The notes below the pieces were generated by a model. That model was given only the letters and a program-made list of their open reading frames with translations, had not been told where the DNA came from and searched no databases. Below, piece by piece: positions 16,813 to 26,778 of a stretch of DNA of 64,000 bases; position 1 is the first letter of the stretch, and the number at the start of each line of letters is the position of its first letter. The translations under genes and the position numbers were made by a program. The stretch spans positions 186,001 to 250,000 of the IMG/VR virus record IMGVR_UViG_3300028840_001395, one strand, 5' to 3'.

Positions 16813-18489
16813 ATGGCAGAGAAGCTCAAGAGACGCGAGTTCCCGTCCGGCTACAACCCGGACGACTTCGAGTACAAGGGTCGCCCGGCCAACGACCAGG
16901 GCGACTTCGGCGGCGACGTGGGCATCGCGGACATGGCCTGCGTCGATCAGTTCGGAGAGAAGAACGCCAGCAAGTTCTACCACGGCGGCGTCGTCCAGGC
17001 GAACGACGGCACCTGGTTCCTCTACACGGAGTGGGGCCGCTGCAAGCCCGGCAACTCCTGGTCGGGTTCGTCCTGGACGGGCAACGCCCAGGACTTCCAG
17101 TTCGTCCGCTGCGGCTCCGAGGATGAGACCCGCGCCGAGTTCGCCAAGAAGATGGCGAGCAAGAACACCAAGCGCCTGACGCAGATCGACGTGGGCGGCA
17201 AGAAGGTGTGGGCGGGCAAGAAGGGCAAGGACGGCTACATCGTCCAGCAGCTTGCCACCCGCGAGAAGGGCCTCCCCGACGCCCTCCGCATCAAGGACAA
17301 CTCGGGCGTCGGCTCCGCCGCCAACGGTGGCAACGGCAAGACGGCGAAGCCGAAGGCCAAGGGCAAGAAGGCCAAGGCCGCGAAGCCGACCCGCAAGTTC
17401 GACCAGCAGGTCGTGTCCCTCGCTTCGTCGCTGGTCGGCGGCACGCAGACCTACACCCGGTCGCTCTCGGCGGCGTCCGGCGTCACGCCGACGATGAACG
17501 CCATCGAGGAGGTCAGGAACGACCTGATCCCCGCCGCGATGGAGCGCATCAAGACGGTCGGTGACGACGTGAGCGCCCAGGTGCGGGACAACAAGCTCGT
17601 CGCCATCTCCAAGATGGTCGCCGCGATGGTTCCGCGCCCCATCCCGCGCAAGGGCCAGAGCGAGGAGGACGCGATCCTCTCCGGCGGCAACATCCTGGTC
17701 TTGCAGCAGGACTTGGACGCCTTCGAGGCCGCGCTCCTGAACGAGGACTTCGAGCAGGAGGCCCCCGACACCACGGTCAACCCGGACACGCTGCTCAACG
17801 CCCGGCTGTCCTACCTCGACCCCAAGGGTGACGGCAAGTGGGTCGCCCAGGCCTTCGCCAAGATGACCGCCAACCGGCACGGCTACATCCGGGGCCGGAT
17901 GAACGTGCGGCACATCTTCGCCGTCGAGCGCCCCGACCGCGACGCCCGGTTCATGAAGTGCGTCAAGCAGATCGCGGCCAAGCGCAAGGGCCGGTTCAGC
18001 CTGACGGCGAACCTCCAGCCCCGCTCGCGGAACGACCTGAACGGCATCGGGGACGACTATGGCCTGGCGAACGTGGTGCTGGCCATCCACGGCACCCGGC
18101 CCGTCAACATCGCCCCCATCATGGGGACGAACTTCCGACTGCCGCGCAGTCTGCCCGGCGCGCAGATCACCGGGGCCAACTTCGGTCACGGGGTGTACTT
18201 CGCCACGGACTGGAAGAAGTCCTACGGCTACACGGGGCGCGGGTACTGGGGGCACTCGGGCGGCGACATCCGCAACCGAGGGTGCTTCATGTTCCTCTGC
18301 GACATGGCGATGGGCGACCCCTACCGCGCCCCCTCGACCGGCTCATGGAGCCAGCCCCCGCAGGGCAAGGACTCCGTGTTCGGCGTCGGCGGCGACCGAG
18401 GCCACCGGCTGGAGAACGACGAACACGTCATCTTCAACCCGGACTACCAGCGCATCCGCTACCTGGTCGAGTTCGACTGGCTGACCTAG
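16813..18489 (+). CDS. PARP-like ADP-ribosyltransferase: WGR domain + helical regulatory domain + PARP catalytic domain
   Basis: SKFY...LYTEWGR (WGR); IHGT, NFGHGVYFATDWKKSYGY, MFLCDMAMG, DSVFG, NDEHVIFNPDYQRIRYLVEF (H-Y-E triad). Confidence 0.88.
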   Translation: MAEKLKRREFPSGYNPDDFEYKGRPANDQGDFGGDVGIADMACVDQFGEKNASKFYHGGVVQANDGTWFLYTEWGRCKPGNSWSGSSWTGNAQDFQFVRCGSEDETRAEFAKKMASKNTKRLTQIDVGGKKVWAGKKGKDGYIVQQLATREKGLPDALRIKDNSGVGSAANGGNGKTAKPKAKGKKAKAAKPTRKFDQQVVSLASSLVGGTQTYTRSLSAASGVTPTMNAIEEVRNDLIPAAMERIKTVGDDVSAQVRDNKLVAISKMVAAMVPRPIPRKGQSEEDAILSGGNILVLQQDLDAFEAALLNEDFEQEAPDTTVNPDTLLNARLSYLDPKGDGKWVAQAFAKMTANRHGYIRGRMNVRHIFAVERPDRDARFMKCVKQIAAKRKGRFSLTANLQPRSRNDLNGIGDDYGLANVVLAIHGTRPVNIAPIMGTNFRLPRSLPGAQITGANFGHGVYFATDWKKSYGYTGRGYWGHSGGDIRNRGCFMFLCDMAMGDPYRAPSTGSWSQPPQGKDSVFGVGGDRGHRLENDEHVIFNPDYQRIRYLVEFDWLT

Positions 18490-18515
18490 CCCGACAGGGC
18501 TAGGGGGAGGAAGAG

Positions 18516-18692
18516 ATGACCCTGCTCGACGGCTTCTGGTGGCTCTCGACTCCGCGTGCGACGTTCGGTGCCGAGGTCAAGGGCGGCATCGTGACCGAGT
18601 GCCCGATGGACGCCTACCAGGGACAGCCCTTCACCAAGGTACTCACCGAGTTGGTCGCTGGCCCCGGCGAGTTCCGCTGCGCGAGGATCTGA
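18516..18692 (+). CDS. Small hypothetical protein (58 aa)
   Basis: GGAGG RBS; translated by hand. Confidence 0.55.
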   Translation: MTLLDGFWWLSTPRATFGAEVKGGIVTECPMDAYQGQPFTKVLTELVAGPGEFRCARI

Positions 18693-18817
18693 TGGACGCA
18701 AGCTGGACAACCTGGGTGAGCCACTTCGGCGTCGTGATGCTGTTCTTCGTCGGCGTGAGCGTCGGCTACAAGTGGCGCGGGAACGTGGAGCGCAAGCGCC
18801 AGAGGGACGGCAACTGA
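18692..18817 (+). CDS. Small membrane protein
   Basis: Single hydrophobic helix; TGATG coupling. Confidence 0.55.
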   Translation: MDASWTTWVSHFGVVMLFFVGVSVGYKWRGNVERKRQRDGN

Positions 18818-19116
18818 TGGCTGTCATCGCATCTACTCTCACGATCTGCGGGATCGCCATTCTCCTCTGGCTCTCCGGCTATTGGCTCGGTCAGAAGAGC
18901 ACAAAGGACAAGTATCGCCACCCGAAGAAGGTCACCGAGGAGGAGATGCCCATCCTCCACCCGAACAGCGGTCGCTTCTGCCACGTCTGCGGCTGCGACA
19001 CGCACAAGTCCACCGTGTTCCACGACCAAAAGCAGCACGAGATCCCCAAAGCCCGCTACTGCCACATCTGCGGGGCCGGGCCAGGAGAGAACTGCGATGC
19101 AGGACTTCACGGATAG
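18817..19116 (+). CDS. Membrane-anchored double Zn-ribbon protein
   Basis: N-terminal TM helix; CHVCGC and CHICG. Confidence 0.7.
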   Translation: MAVIASTLTICGIAILLWLSGYWLGQKSTKDKYRHPKKVTEEEMPILHPNSGRFCHVCGCDTHKSTVFHDQKQHEIPKARYCHICGAGPGENCDAGLHG

Positions 19117-19408
19117 CCCTGGCTGGCACAACATCCCCAGGCCGCAGAAGATGATCGCGGTCGGTCTGGTGCTCATCGGGCTGTCCCTCGTCTGGTTCGG
19201 CCACCTCACCCCCCTTGGAGACAAGGGACAGAGCCTCGGTACCGACCTGATGCTGTTCGCGGGCATCTACGGGCTAGTGCATGAGCTGGCTGCCACGAAG
19301 AAGCGGCTCCGCAACATCCAACAGGTCATCAAGACCGAGAACGTGAACGTCGCCTGCCAGACGGTCAACATGATAGAGGGGGGCTTGTCGGAGCCTCCAA
19401 AGGAGTAG
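19097..19408 (+). CDS. Two-helix membrane protein
   Basis: Two hydrophobic segments. Confidence 0.6.
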   Translation: MQDFTDSPGWHNIPRPQKMIAVGLVLIGLSLVWFGHLTPLGDKGQSLGTDLMLFAGIYGLVHELAATKKRLRNIQQVIKTENVNVACQTVNMIEGGLSEPPKE

Positions 19409-19411
19409 TCT
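19383..19411 (+). promoter_or_regulatory. Phage motif promoter copy 13 (variant -35)
   Basis: GCTTGT-N17-TAGTCT; the -10 TAG is the upstream stop codon. Confidence 0.7.
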
Positions 19412-19453
19412 AGGAGAACAGGGTGCCAACCCACAGAGGGAGAGGAGATACCT

Positions 19454-20251
19454 ATGGCACAAATGACACCGGATCAGCTCGACCCACACAAGACCTACGG
19501 GCTTTACGAGGTGACCCGCCTGTGCGGGCTGTCGCAGAACCCGTTCTACTACCGAGCGGTTGTGCAAGGAGTAGCCTCGGAGAACTCCAAAGGTCGGATG
19601 GAGATCAAGGGCAAGGACGCGATTCCCCTCCTTCAGGAGTGCCTGAACTCCCCGAAGCGGGCCACGAAGAAGTCGGCGCTGGATGCCCCGATCAACGTGG
19701 ACAAGACCCTCGTGAAGCCGATCTCTTCGGATTCCAAGGTCAAGCACAAGCGACGCATGGTGGCTCCCCTTCCTCCGGGATTCAAGTGCTGGGAGGATGT
19801 GATCAAGGCGGTCCGGGCCACCTTGAACTCCGACCGCTACTACCAGATGAGAGGGCTCAGCAAGAAGTTCGGCATCATGCAAAACGGCATCTTCCTACGT
19901 CCCGAGAACCGGCGTCACGTCCGGGAGAGCGACGGGGAGAAGGTCGTTCGTGGCGATCACGCGAAGCGCATCCTCATCAAGGCGCTCCGTGGCCGGAGCT
20001 ACTTGGGTGCCCAGATGAAGGCGATGAAGGCCCAGAAGAAGGCCCAGAAGTACCAGAAGGACGTGGCCACTCCGCCCGCCGCCCCGAGCCAGCCCTCGAC
20101 CCCGGCCACGCCGAAGGACTCATCGCCCGAGAAGCAGCTCGCCCGGATCACATCCCTCGTCAACGATGTCAGGGAGTATCTCAGCACGGAGCCTCGTGAA
20201 GATGCCCTGATGATCGCCTGTATCCTCAAGAACTACTACGAGAAAGAGTAG
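19454..20251 (+). CDS. Basic hypothetical protein, possible N-terminal HTH
   Basis: YGLYEVTRLCGLSQNPFYYR resembles an HTH; Lys-rich. Confidence 0.65.
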   Translation: MAQMTPDQLDPHKTYGLYEVTRLCGLSQNPFYYRAVVQGVASENSKGRMEIKGKDAIPLLQECLNSPKRATKKSALDAPINVDKTLVKPISSDSKVKHKRRMVAPLPPGFKCWEDVIKAVRATLNSDRYYQMRGLSKKFGIMQNGIFLRPENRRHVRESDGEKVVRGDHAKRILIKALRGRSYLGAQMKAMKAQKKAQKYQKDVATPPAAPSQPSTPATPKDSSPEKQLARITSLVNDVREYLSTEPREDALMIACILKNYYEKE

Positions 20252-20259
20252 GTAGCACA

Positions 20260-21039
20260 ATGAAGATCGAAGACCCCCGCAACGCCCAGGCCATCGCCCA
20301 GTCCCCCGACTGGCGCACCGCCGTCACCGACCTGCTGACCCTGTGGGCCAACGAGAACCGGCCCTTCTCTTCGGGCGAGGTCGCCTCCGCCCTGCGGACG
20401 CACCGGCCCGACCTGCGGTTCAGCGTCCTGTCGGTGGGCGAGCACCTCCGCGACATGTTCTACTCGCAGACGATGCCGCCCTACGCCGGGGGCCAGCCGT
20501 TCCAGGTGCCCCGGCTCACCGAGGGCCTGTACCCGACCCGCACGACCGCCGGAACCGAGGTGTTCGTCTACGCCCCGCAGCCCGACGAGGGCGACTCGCA
20601 CGACTTCGAGGTCTACATCCCCGAGCCGGGCGAGACCATCGCGGACGCCCCGGCCCAGGCCATCCCGCAGACGCAGCAGGCGCAGCAGACCGGCGGGCCG
20701 ACCCCCGTGACCATCTTCGGGGCCAAGGTCGCCAACGCGGACATCAAGGCCAAGGTCCACGACGACAAGCGCCTCTGCGTCCCGCGCTCCGCCTTCGAGC
20801 TGTCCGTCCACCTGGGGGCGCAGCCCATGCGGGGCGGCGAGCCCGTGTACGTCACGATGGAGCCGGACAAGGTGACCGTCAGCCTGTCCGACCCCGGCAA
20901 CGGGGCCAAGCCCTACGACCTGTCGCAGACCAGGGGGCGCGTGCTGTTCCCCTCCCCCGACCCGGCCAAGCCCTTCTCGCCGGGCGCGGTGTTCCAGGTC
21001 AAGGTCGAGAAGGGCGTCCTGACCATCGACCTGCCCTAG
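20260..21039 (+). CDS. Putative DNA-binding protein with C-terminal AbrB/MraZ-like repeats
   Basis: KVHDDKRLCVP...PVYVTMEPDKVTV and TRGRVLFP...FQVKVEKGVLTI swapped-hairpin-like repeats. Confidence 0.55.
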   Translation: MKIEDPRNAQAIAQSPDWRTAVTDLLTLWANENRPFSSGEVASALRTHRPDLRFSVLSVGEHLRDMFYSQTMPPYAGGQPFQVPRLTEGLYPTRTTAGTEVFVYAPQPDEGDSHDFEVYIPEPGETIADAPAQAIPQTQQAQQTGGPTPVTIFGAKVANADIKAKVHDDKRLCVPRSAFELSVHLGAQPMRGGEPVYVTMEPDKVTVSLSDPGNGAKPYDLSQTRGRVLFPSPDPAKPFSPGAVFQVKVEKGVLTIDLP

Positions 21040-21064
21040 CCCACCGCTTCGCGAGGGGGCCACC

Positions 21065-22430
21065 ATGCCCGAGTACGTCCTCAAGATCCTCTTTCGGTTC
21101 GAGGAGATCGATGACGCCGAGGCTCGCGCCGACATGCGCGACATCCTGGCCCGACTCGACCCCGACAGTCATCCCTGCGAGTACACCCTCCGGGCTCTTG
21201 CCCGGAGGCACGGGGGCAAGACCGGGAAGGTCATCGATTCTGGTGTGTTCCCCGAGGAGAAGTGATGAGCTGGTTCCTCGCCATCATCTTCGGAGGGCTG
21301 GTTCTTGGCGTCGTCCTGATCTGCCTGTTCGTGCAGTTGTTCCTCGTCTGGATCCCGCGCTGGCTCCAGCACCGCGACGACAAGAGAGTCATGCAAGTCC
21401 GGCATGAGCGTGAACAGGCCATCCTACAGCGCATTCAGGAGGGCGAATGACCCCCGCCGAAGAGATGCGCCTCCAGTACGCCGAGCGCCGGGCCGAGCGC
21501 CAGAAGCTCAAGCTGATCGACATCCGTGACCGCCTTCGGGCCGCGACCGACCCACACTCCCTCACCAGTGTCCTCATGCTCATCCCCGATGAGATCGACG
21601 CCTTCCTGGCCGAGGAAGTCTGTCCGGGCGAAGGTCCGGTGGACAAGTGCCCGGACTGTGGCGAGCCGTGGTGGACGGTGCAGAAACGGTGCAAGTGCTG
21701 GCCAAAGCATGAGCAGGGTAGAGTGGACGCGGAGGTCAGTGATGAGTGACGGACGCCGGCGATTACTGATTCTGGACGCGATGGCCCGGATGGATGTCAA
21801 GGACAAGCAGACGTTCTCCCAGACCGTGACTGGCCTGGTCAAGATCGTGCCCGAGCTTCTCGCAGGGCGCATCCGGGAGAACGGGCGAGCCCACTTCGTC
21901 TTCGAGGGCGGCGAGGAAGTGTTCCTGACCATGAAGGAACTGATGGGCACCGATGAGCCGGTCGAGCCCACCATCACGGCCCAGGTGATCGAGCTAGGTG
22001 AATGCCACGGCTGCGGGAAGCCCGTGGTGGACGACAAGGGTGCAGCGGAGCCGGACGCCAAGCCCCCGGAAGGAAAGGTCTTTCTGGGGATGCAATACGC
22101 TGTTCGAGGTGACAGAAAGGCGCTGCTCTGTGAGGATTGCTTCGCCAATGGCCTCGTGTGGGCGGCGAAGGGTGCCTTGGGAAAGGTAGAGGTGGGTGAC
22201 TGATGAGGGACTTTCTGACTTCACTATCCGTCAACCAGAAGGTTGCCCTCTACCTGGGTCTGCTGCTGACCACCATCGCCGTCCTGTGGTCTCTCGACTT
22301 CGTGAGCATCACCTACACGTTCAATCCAACGTCCTTCCATTTCCAGATGGGAGGGGTCGGTTCAACGGTGGTAGCCCTTGTGACAGTGATCTTCTGGATT
22401 GGGGGGCATACGCCCAAGGGAGACAAGTGA
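21065..22430 (+). other. Run of five small coupled hypothetical CDSs (21065-21265, 21262-21450 TM, 21447-21749 Zn ribbon, 21742-22203 Zn ribbon, 22203-22430 TM)
   Basis: Contiguous ORFs with ATGA/TGATG overlaps. Confidence 0.6.
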
Positions 22431-23275
22431 TGGGTTGGCTCAGAGACAAGCTCGACGCCTGGTGCCGGAGTCGGCAATTCAACAAGGCGACGGGCAAGAA
22501 GAAGCGGATGCTGTTCTCCAGAATGCGGATGCAGGACTCCACCCTGTTCATCTCCAACAGCAACCTGGGCAGCATCACGGTGGACACCAACAGCAGCACG
22601 GGCTCGACCAACGTGATGATGACCGACCCCGACCGCCCCCGTCCCGAACCGCCCAAGGATGAGCGCATCGAGGTCAACCCCACCGAGGTCGTCGCCTTGC
22701 TGGAGACCGACGTGGATATCCCGCTCGATGACATGGAGGAGAAGCTCGACAAGCTGCGGGAGCGGGCGCTGTTCTACTCGACCACCCTGCACCAGTCCGT
22801 CCCCGCCGAGATCGGTCATGCCATCACCCTGCTTGAAGCCCGCAAGCAGTACACGAAGCTCCAGGCCCACATCCCCTGGCGGACCACGACCAAGGAGAAG
22901 ATCGACGCCCTGTGCAAGAAGTACCGCCTGGAGCATCACGACATCGACCGCTACATCCCCGAGCTTCCCGAGTACGTGGTCGAGGAGGTCGAGCGGTTCA
23001 AGGGTGTCTTCGAGAAGGCCGTCAAGAAGGTCCGGCACACCGACCCGGAGATGAAGCTCTCCCTGATAGCCAAGCCCGAACTGTTCACCAAGCGACCCAA
23101 GGGCGACCCGATTCTTCTCGCCCGGTCGCCCTTCGGCCCGTTCTTCTACGTCCTGTGCGCCTGGGACGAGGAGGTCAACTTCGTGGGCGACCTGCTGGGA
23201 GGCGGCATGACCCACGACATCGTGGACCTCGCGGACGACGAGCACACGGGCGACAACGAGAGTTCCGATGGCTAA
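22430..23275 (+). CDS. Hypothetical protein (~281 aa)
   Basis: MGWLRDKL...; strong codon bias; C-terminal DPILLARSPFG..FYVLCAWD. Confidence 0.75.
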   Translation: MGWLRDKLDAWCRSRQFNKATGKKKRMLFSRMRMQDSTLFISNSNLGSITVDTNSSTGSTNVMMTDPDRPRPEPPKDERIEVNPTEVVALLETDVDIPLDDMEEKLDKLRERALFYSTTLHQSVPAEIGHAITLLEARKQYTKLQAHIPWRTTTKEKIDALCKKYRLEHHDIDRYIPELPEYVVEEVERFKGVFEKAVKKVRHTDPEMKLSLIAKPELFTKRPKGDPILLARSPFGPFFYVLCAWDEEVNFVGDLLGGGMTHDIVDLADDEHTGDNESSDG

Positions 23276-24221
23276 GAAGCGCATCTTCGGGGCCGTCAAC
23301 GAGCACTGCCGGAAGCGGCTGAAGTCCTTCGTGGATGCCTTCGACCCCGAACGGCTCGACTACACCGACTACGGGGAGTCCGAGTCCATCGTCTTGACCC
23401 TGAAGAACGGCAAGCGCGTCAAGCTCAACGCCAACTCCAACACCGTGGACGGGGCCTGGATCACCGTGGACATCCTTGACCCCGTTACGCCGAAGTCGTA
23501 ACGGCGGAGACGTAATGGCCAAGGACAAGGTGCTGGACGTGAAGAAGGGCGGCTTCTCCATCGGTGACGCGGTGATGTTCGAGGACAACCGCTGCAAGGT
23601 CGTCGGCTTCGGCACCCAGACAGAATCCGCCATCGTCCGGGTCACAGTGCCCGGCAACAAGACCGGACGCCGCCTCGCGGTAGCGGTGGTGCCCATCGAC
23701 CAACTGAAGAAGGTCAAGAAGTGAGCAGCGACGCCTACAACAAGTACCTCCAACTGGAAGCCAAGCGGCACGTCATCCTCAAGACCCACAAGGGCACCCA
23801 GGACGAACTCGACGCCCTCGAAGACCCCATCCTCGAAGCAATGGACCCGCTCTGGTGGGAGATGACCGAGGAGGAACGGGCCAGCATCAACGAGGCCACG
23901 AGGAAACGAGCCACCACCCCTCGCACGGATGTCCCGAAGAAGTACACCTGTGCCTGGTGCCGGAAGAAGTTCGTCTCCGAGATCCGACCCCCTCTCCGAC
24001 TCCCGGATGGGGCCAAGCATGGTCGGGTGGGGGTGTCCAACAAGGTCGAGAAGCTGGGCGAGCCCATTGTCATCCAAGGCCATGCCGTGAGCCCCCCTGG
24101 AGGCGCTCTGTTCGAGGGTTCCGAGTTCGCCTGCTCGGTAGAGTGCTACGAGAACCTGACGGGCCAGGAGCCACCGGATGGCGCGACCCATAGCCAAGGT
24201 GCAAGTTCAGACCAGTCTTGA
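23268..24221 (+). other. Three small hypothetical CDSs (23268-23501, 23515-23724 SH3/KOW-like, 23721-24221 with CAWC...CSVEC Zn finger)
   Basis: Contiguous ORFs with overlaps. Confidence 0.6.
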
Positions 24222-25143
24222 CCGCTGGGCCTGGAAACGCCTTCAACGCATCCTGAAACACCGCGAGACCACGAAGAGATACGGCGAGGAATGGCCCAAT
24301 CAATCACTGATTCTGCGCGAGATCGTGCAGGCTTACATGGAGGAACACCCCGAAATGGATCCACACAGCGAAGCCCGGAGTCGTCTGATCGTCGCCCTCG
24401 ACATGCCCCACCGGGACGCCCTGGAGGCTGCCCGGAGGCTCAAAGGTCGTGTCGGAGCCTTCAAGCTCAACTCCGCCTTCGTGGGTGGCGGACCGGAGAT
24501 CCTCGCGGATTTCTTCCAAAACGCCGGACCAGTGTTTCTGGACATGAAGTTCCACGACATCCCCAACACCGTGGCCAACCACGTCACGGCGGTCACGGAG
24601 ATGGGCAGGCACTACCTGGCCGGAAAGCCTGGAGACCCCTATGTCTCGATGATGACCATCCACACGGCGGCAGGCGAAGCGGCGATGAAGGCGGCAATGG
24701 AAGCTGCCCGGAAGGCCGCGACTCACGCGAACCGCCCCCGGCCCAAGATTCTGGGTATCACCGTCCTGACCTCGCTCTCCGCCGAGGACTGCGAGGCGGT
24801 CGGGATGTCCGTCCACGGTGAGACTGATGCCGCTGCCGTCACCGATGTCGTCCTGAAGCGAGCCAAGCTGGCCCGTGACTGTGGCCTGGACGGACTGGTC
24901 TGCTCCGGCAAGGAGGTCGAGGCCGTCCGCGAGGTGGTCGGGGAAGAGATGAAGCTCGTGGTGCCGGGTATCCGTCCGGCTGGGGGGTCGGAAGATGACC
25001 AGGCGAGGGTAGTAACCCCTGAGAAGGCCATCAAGGCCGGGGCAGACTACCTCGTCGTGGGGCGCTCCATCTACGGGGCCAATGACCCCGGCCAAGCCGC
25101 CGATGAGATCGTGGCCCAGATCGCGGAGGCTCTGACCGGATGA
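24178..25143 (+). CDS. pyrF: Orotidine-5'-phosphate decarboxylase with ~60-aa N-terminal ribbon-helix-helix-like extension
   Basis: LIVALD, FKLN, FLDMKFHDIPNTV, ITVLTS, VVPGIRP, DDQARVVTP, GADYLVVGR; alternative internal ATG near 24355. Confidence 0.92.
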   Translation: MARPIAKVQVQTSLDRWAWKRLQRILKHRETTKRYGEEWPNQSLILREIVQAYMEEHPEMDPHSEARSRLIVALDMPHRDALEAARRLKGRVGAFKLNSAFVGGGPEILADFFQNAGPVFLDMKFHDIPNTVANHVTAVTEMGRHYLAGKPGDPYVSMMTIHTAAGEAAMKAAMEAARKAATHANRPRPKILGITVLTSLSAEDCEAVGMSVHGETDAAAVTDVVLKRAKLARDCGLDGLVCSGKEVEAVREVVGEEMKLVVPGIRPAGGSEDDQARVVTPEKAIKAGADYLVVGRSIYGANDPGQAADEIVAQIAEALTG

Positions 25144-25700
25144 GGATCTACATCGACTGTGACGACACCCTGTTCCCGTTCACCAAGGGCATCTTGGAGG
25201 CCTGCAACCGGGAGCATGGGACGAATCTGACAGTGGATGACGTGACCCAGTGGGCGGTCAACCCCGTGCTGCCTCCCGGAGTCCAGTGGTGGGAGTTCAC
25301 GGACAGAGAGGGCTTCTACAGGGACTTGGAGCCGTTGCCCGGTGCCCGAAGCCTGGTGAACGCCGTTCGTGCGTCAGGGAGGCCCTGGGGCTTCCTGACG
25401 AGCCTTCCTGTCAAGCACACCAGCAGCAATCTCATTGAGGAGCGCCGGATCTGCCTCGACAATAGCTTCGCAGTGGACGGACGGGATATCCCGAGCCGCA
25501 GGCTCATCGTGGCCAAGCGCAAGGATCTGGTCGTCCATGAGGGCGACGTGCTGATCGATGACTACATCGAGAACATCAAGGCGGTCGAGGCGGTAGGTGC
25601 AAAGGGCATCCTCGTGAAACAGCCCTCGAATCGTAATACCGCTAGACCGAGATGGACTCTCCCGGAAGTGACAGAGTGGGTGAAACAACTCCCGAGGTGA
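25140..25700 (+). CDS. 5'(3')-deoxyribonucleotidase (HAD, NT5C type)
   Basis: YIDCDDTL, FYRDLEPLPGA, GDVLIDDYIENI. Confidence 0.85.
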   Translation: MRIYIDCDDTLFPFTKGILEACNREHGTNLTVDDVTQWAVNPVLPPGVQWWEFTDREGFYRDLEPLPGARSLVNAVRASGRPWGFLTSLPVKHTSSNLIEERRICLDNSFAVDGRDIPSRRLIVAKRKDLVVHEGDVLIDDYIENIKAVEAVGAKGILVKQPSNRNTARPRWTLPEVTEWVKQLPR

Positions 25701-25704
25701 CCGA

Positions 25705-26361
25705 ATGGGTGGAGAAGCTGCCGAGTCTCCCCTGAAGCCCCTCGCAGACCTCGAAGAGATGACCCAGAATCGGGTCAACGAGGCGCTGCTGGACCTGCTA
25801 CCGGGGAGCCTGATCTCCGAGATAGTGGAGCAGAGAGTCCGGGACTTCATCGGACAGTCCCTCGATGCGATGGTCGAGAAGGCCGTCACCGAGCGTTTCG
25901 AGGAAGCGATGTCCGAGTGGCTGCGGGACGCCGGTTTCACCGACCGCATCGGTGAGATCGGCCAGCAGTTCATCGACAACAACATCCCCAAGGATCGCAT
26001 CGAGCGGGAAACCGAGAAGCGGGTCGCCACCCTCATGGGCGGCAAGGTCGATAAGATGATCTACGCTGCCGTGGAGAAGCGGTTCCAAGAGTGCATTGAC
26101 AACTGGGTGACCAAGAACCTCACCGAGCTTGAGTTCGGAGACAAGTACGAGGATATCGTCGCGGAAGCTGCCCATGAGTATGCCCGTGGGATGGGCCAGA
26201 ATCTCTTGACCAACGTGATGAAGGCATTGCAGATGGTCGGCTCGGGGGTCATCGCCACGGCCAATGCGGCTATGCACGATGACTTAGCCGTTTGCCCGAC
26301 GTGCAAGATCCTGGTCAAGAGCAACGAGCAGTGCCCGATGTGCAAGCAGTATGTCTACTGA
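25705..26361 (+). CDS. Helical hypothetical protein with C-terminal Zn ribbon
   Basis: CPTC...CPMC at the C-terminus. Confidence 0.7.
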   Translation: MGGEAAESPLKPLADLEEMTQNRVNEALLDLLPGSLISEIVEQRVRDFIGQSLDAMVEKAVTERFEEAMSEWLRDAGFTDRIGEIGQQFIDNNIPKDRIERETEKRVATLMGGKVDKMIYAAVEKRFQECIDNWVTKNLTELEFGDKYEDIVAEAAHEYARGMGQNLLTNVMKALQMVGSGVIATANAAMHDDLAVCPTCKILVKSNEQCPMCKQYVY

Positions 26362-26767
26362 CGACACCAGCAACGACGCCGAGATCCAGGGCCTCACGAT
26401 GACCCTGGTGAAGCAGGCATTCCGACACACCTTCCCCGGTGCCCGGTTCAAGCTCACCGACCGCCTGGGTGGCAAGGTGCTCACGTCCGTCATCTGGCAG
26501 TTCGAGGTCGAGCTGTCCGTGACCGAGAGGCCGATCTCCTACGCGGATACGGACGGCGAAGCCACGGTGACGATCACCTTCCGGCCTGCCGCCAAGAGGC
26601 CGACCATCGTGGTTCACCAGGAGAGCACAACGAGTCCGACGCGGGTATGGACTCTGGTGAAGGACACGCGGAAGTACCTGGAGGGCATCGCGGCAGCAAT
26701 CACGATGGCCTGCGAGGAACAGTACTACGACGACACGAATGATGTCCGTGACCTTTTCGGAGAGTGA
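26351..26767 (+). CDS. Hypothetical protein
   Basis: ORF overlapping both neighbours. Confidence 0.65.
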   Translation: MSTDDTSNDAEIQGLTMTLVKQAFRHTFPGARFKLTDRLGGKVLTSVIWQFEVELSVTERPISYADTDGEATVTITFRPAAKRPTIVVHQESTTSPTRVWTLVKDTRKYLEGIAAAITMACEEQYYDDTNDVRDLFGE

Positions 26768-26778
26768 GGGAGAAAGCG

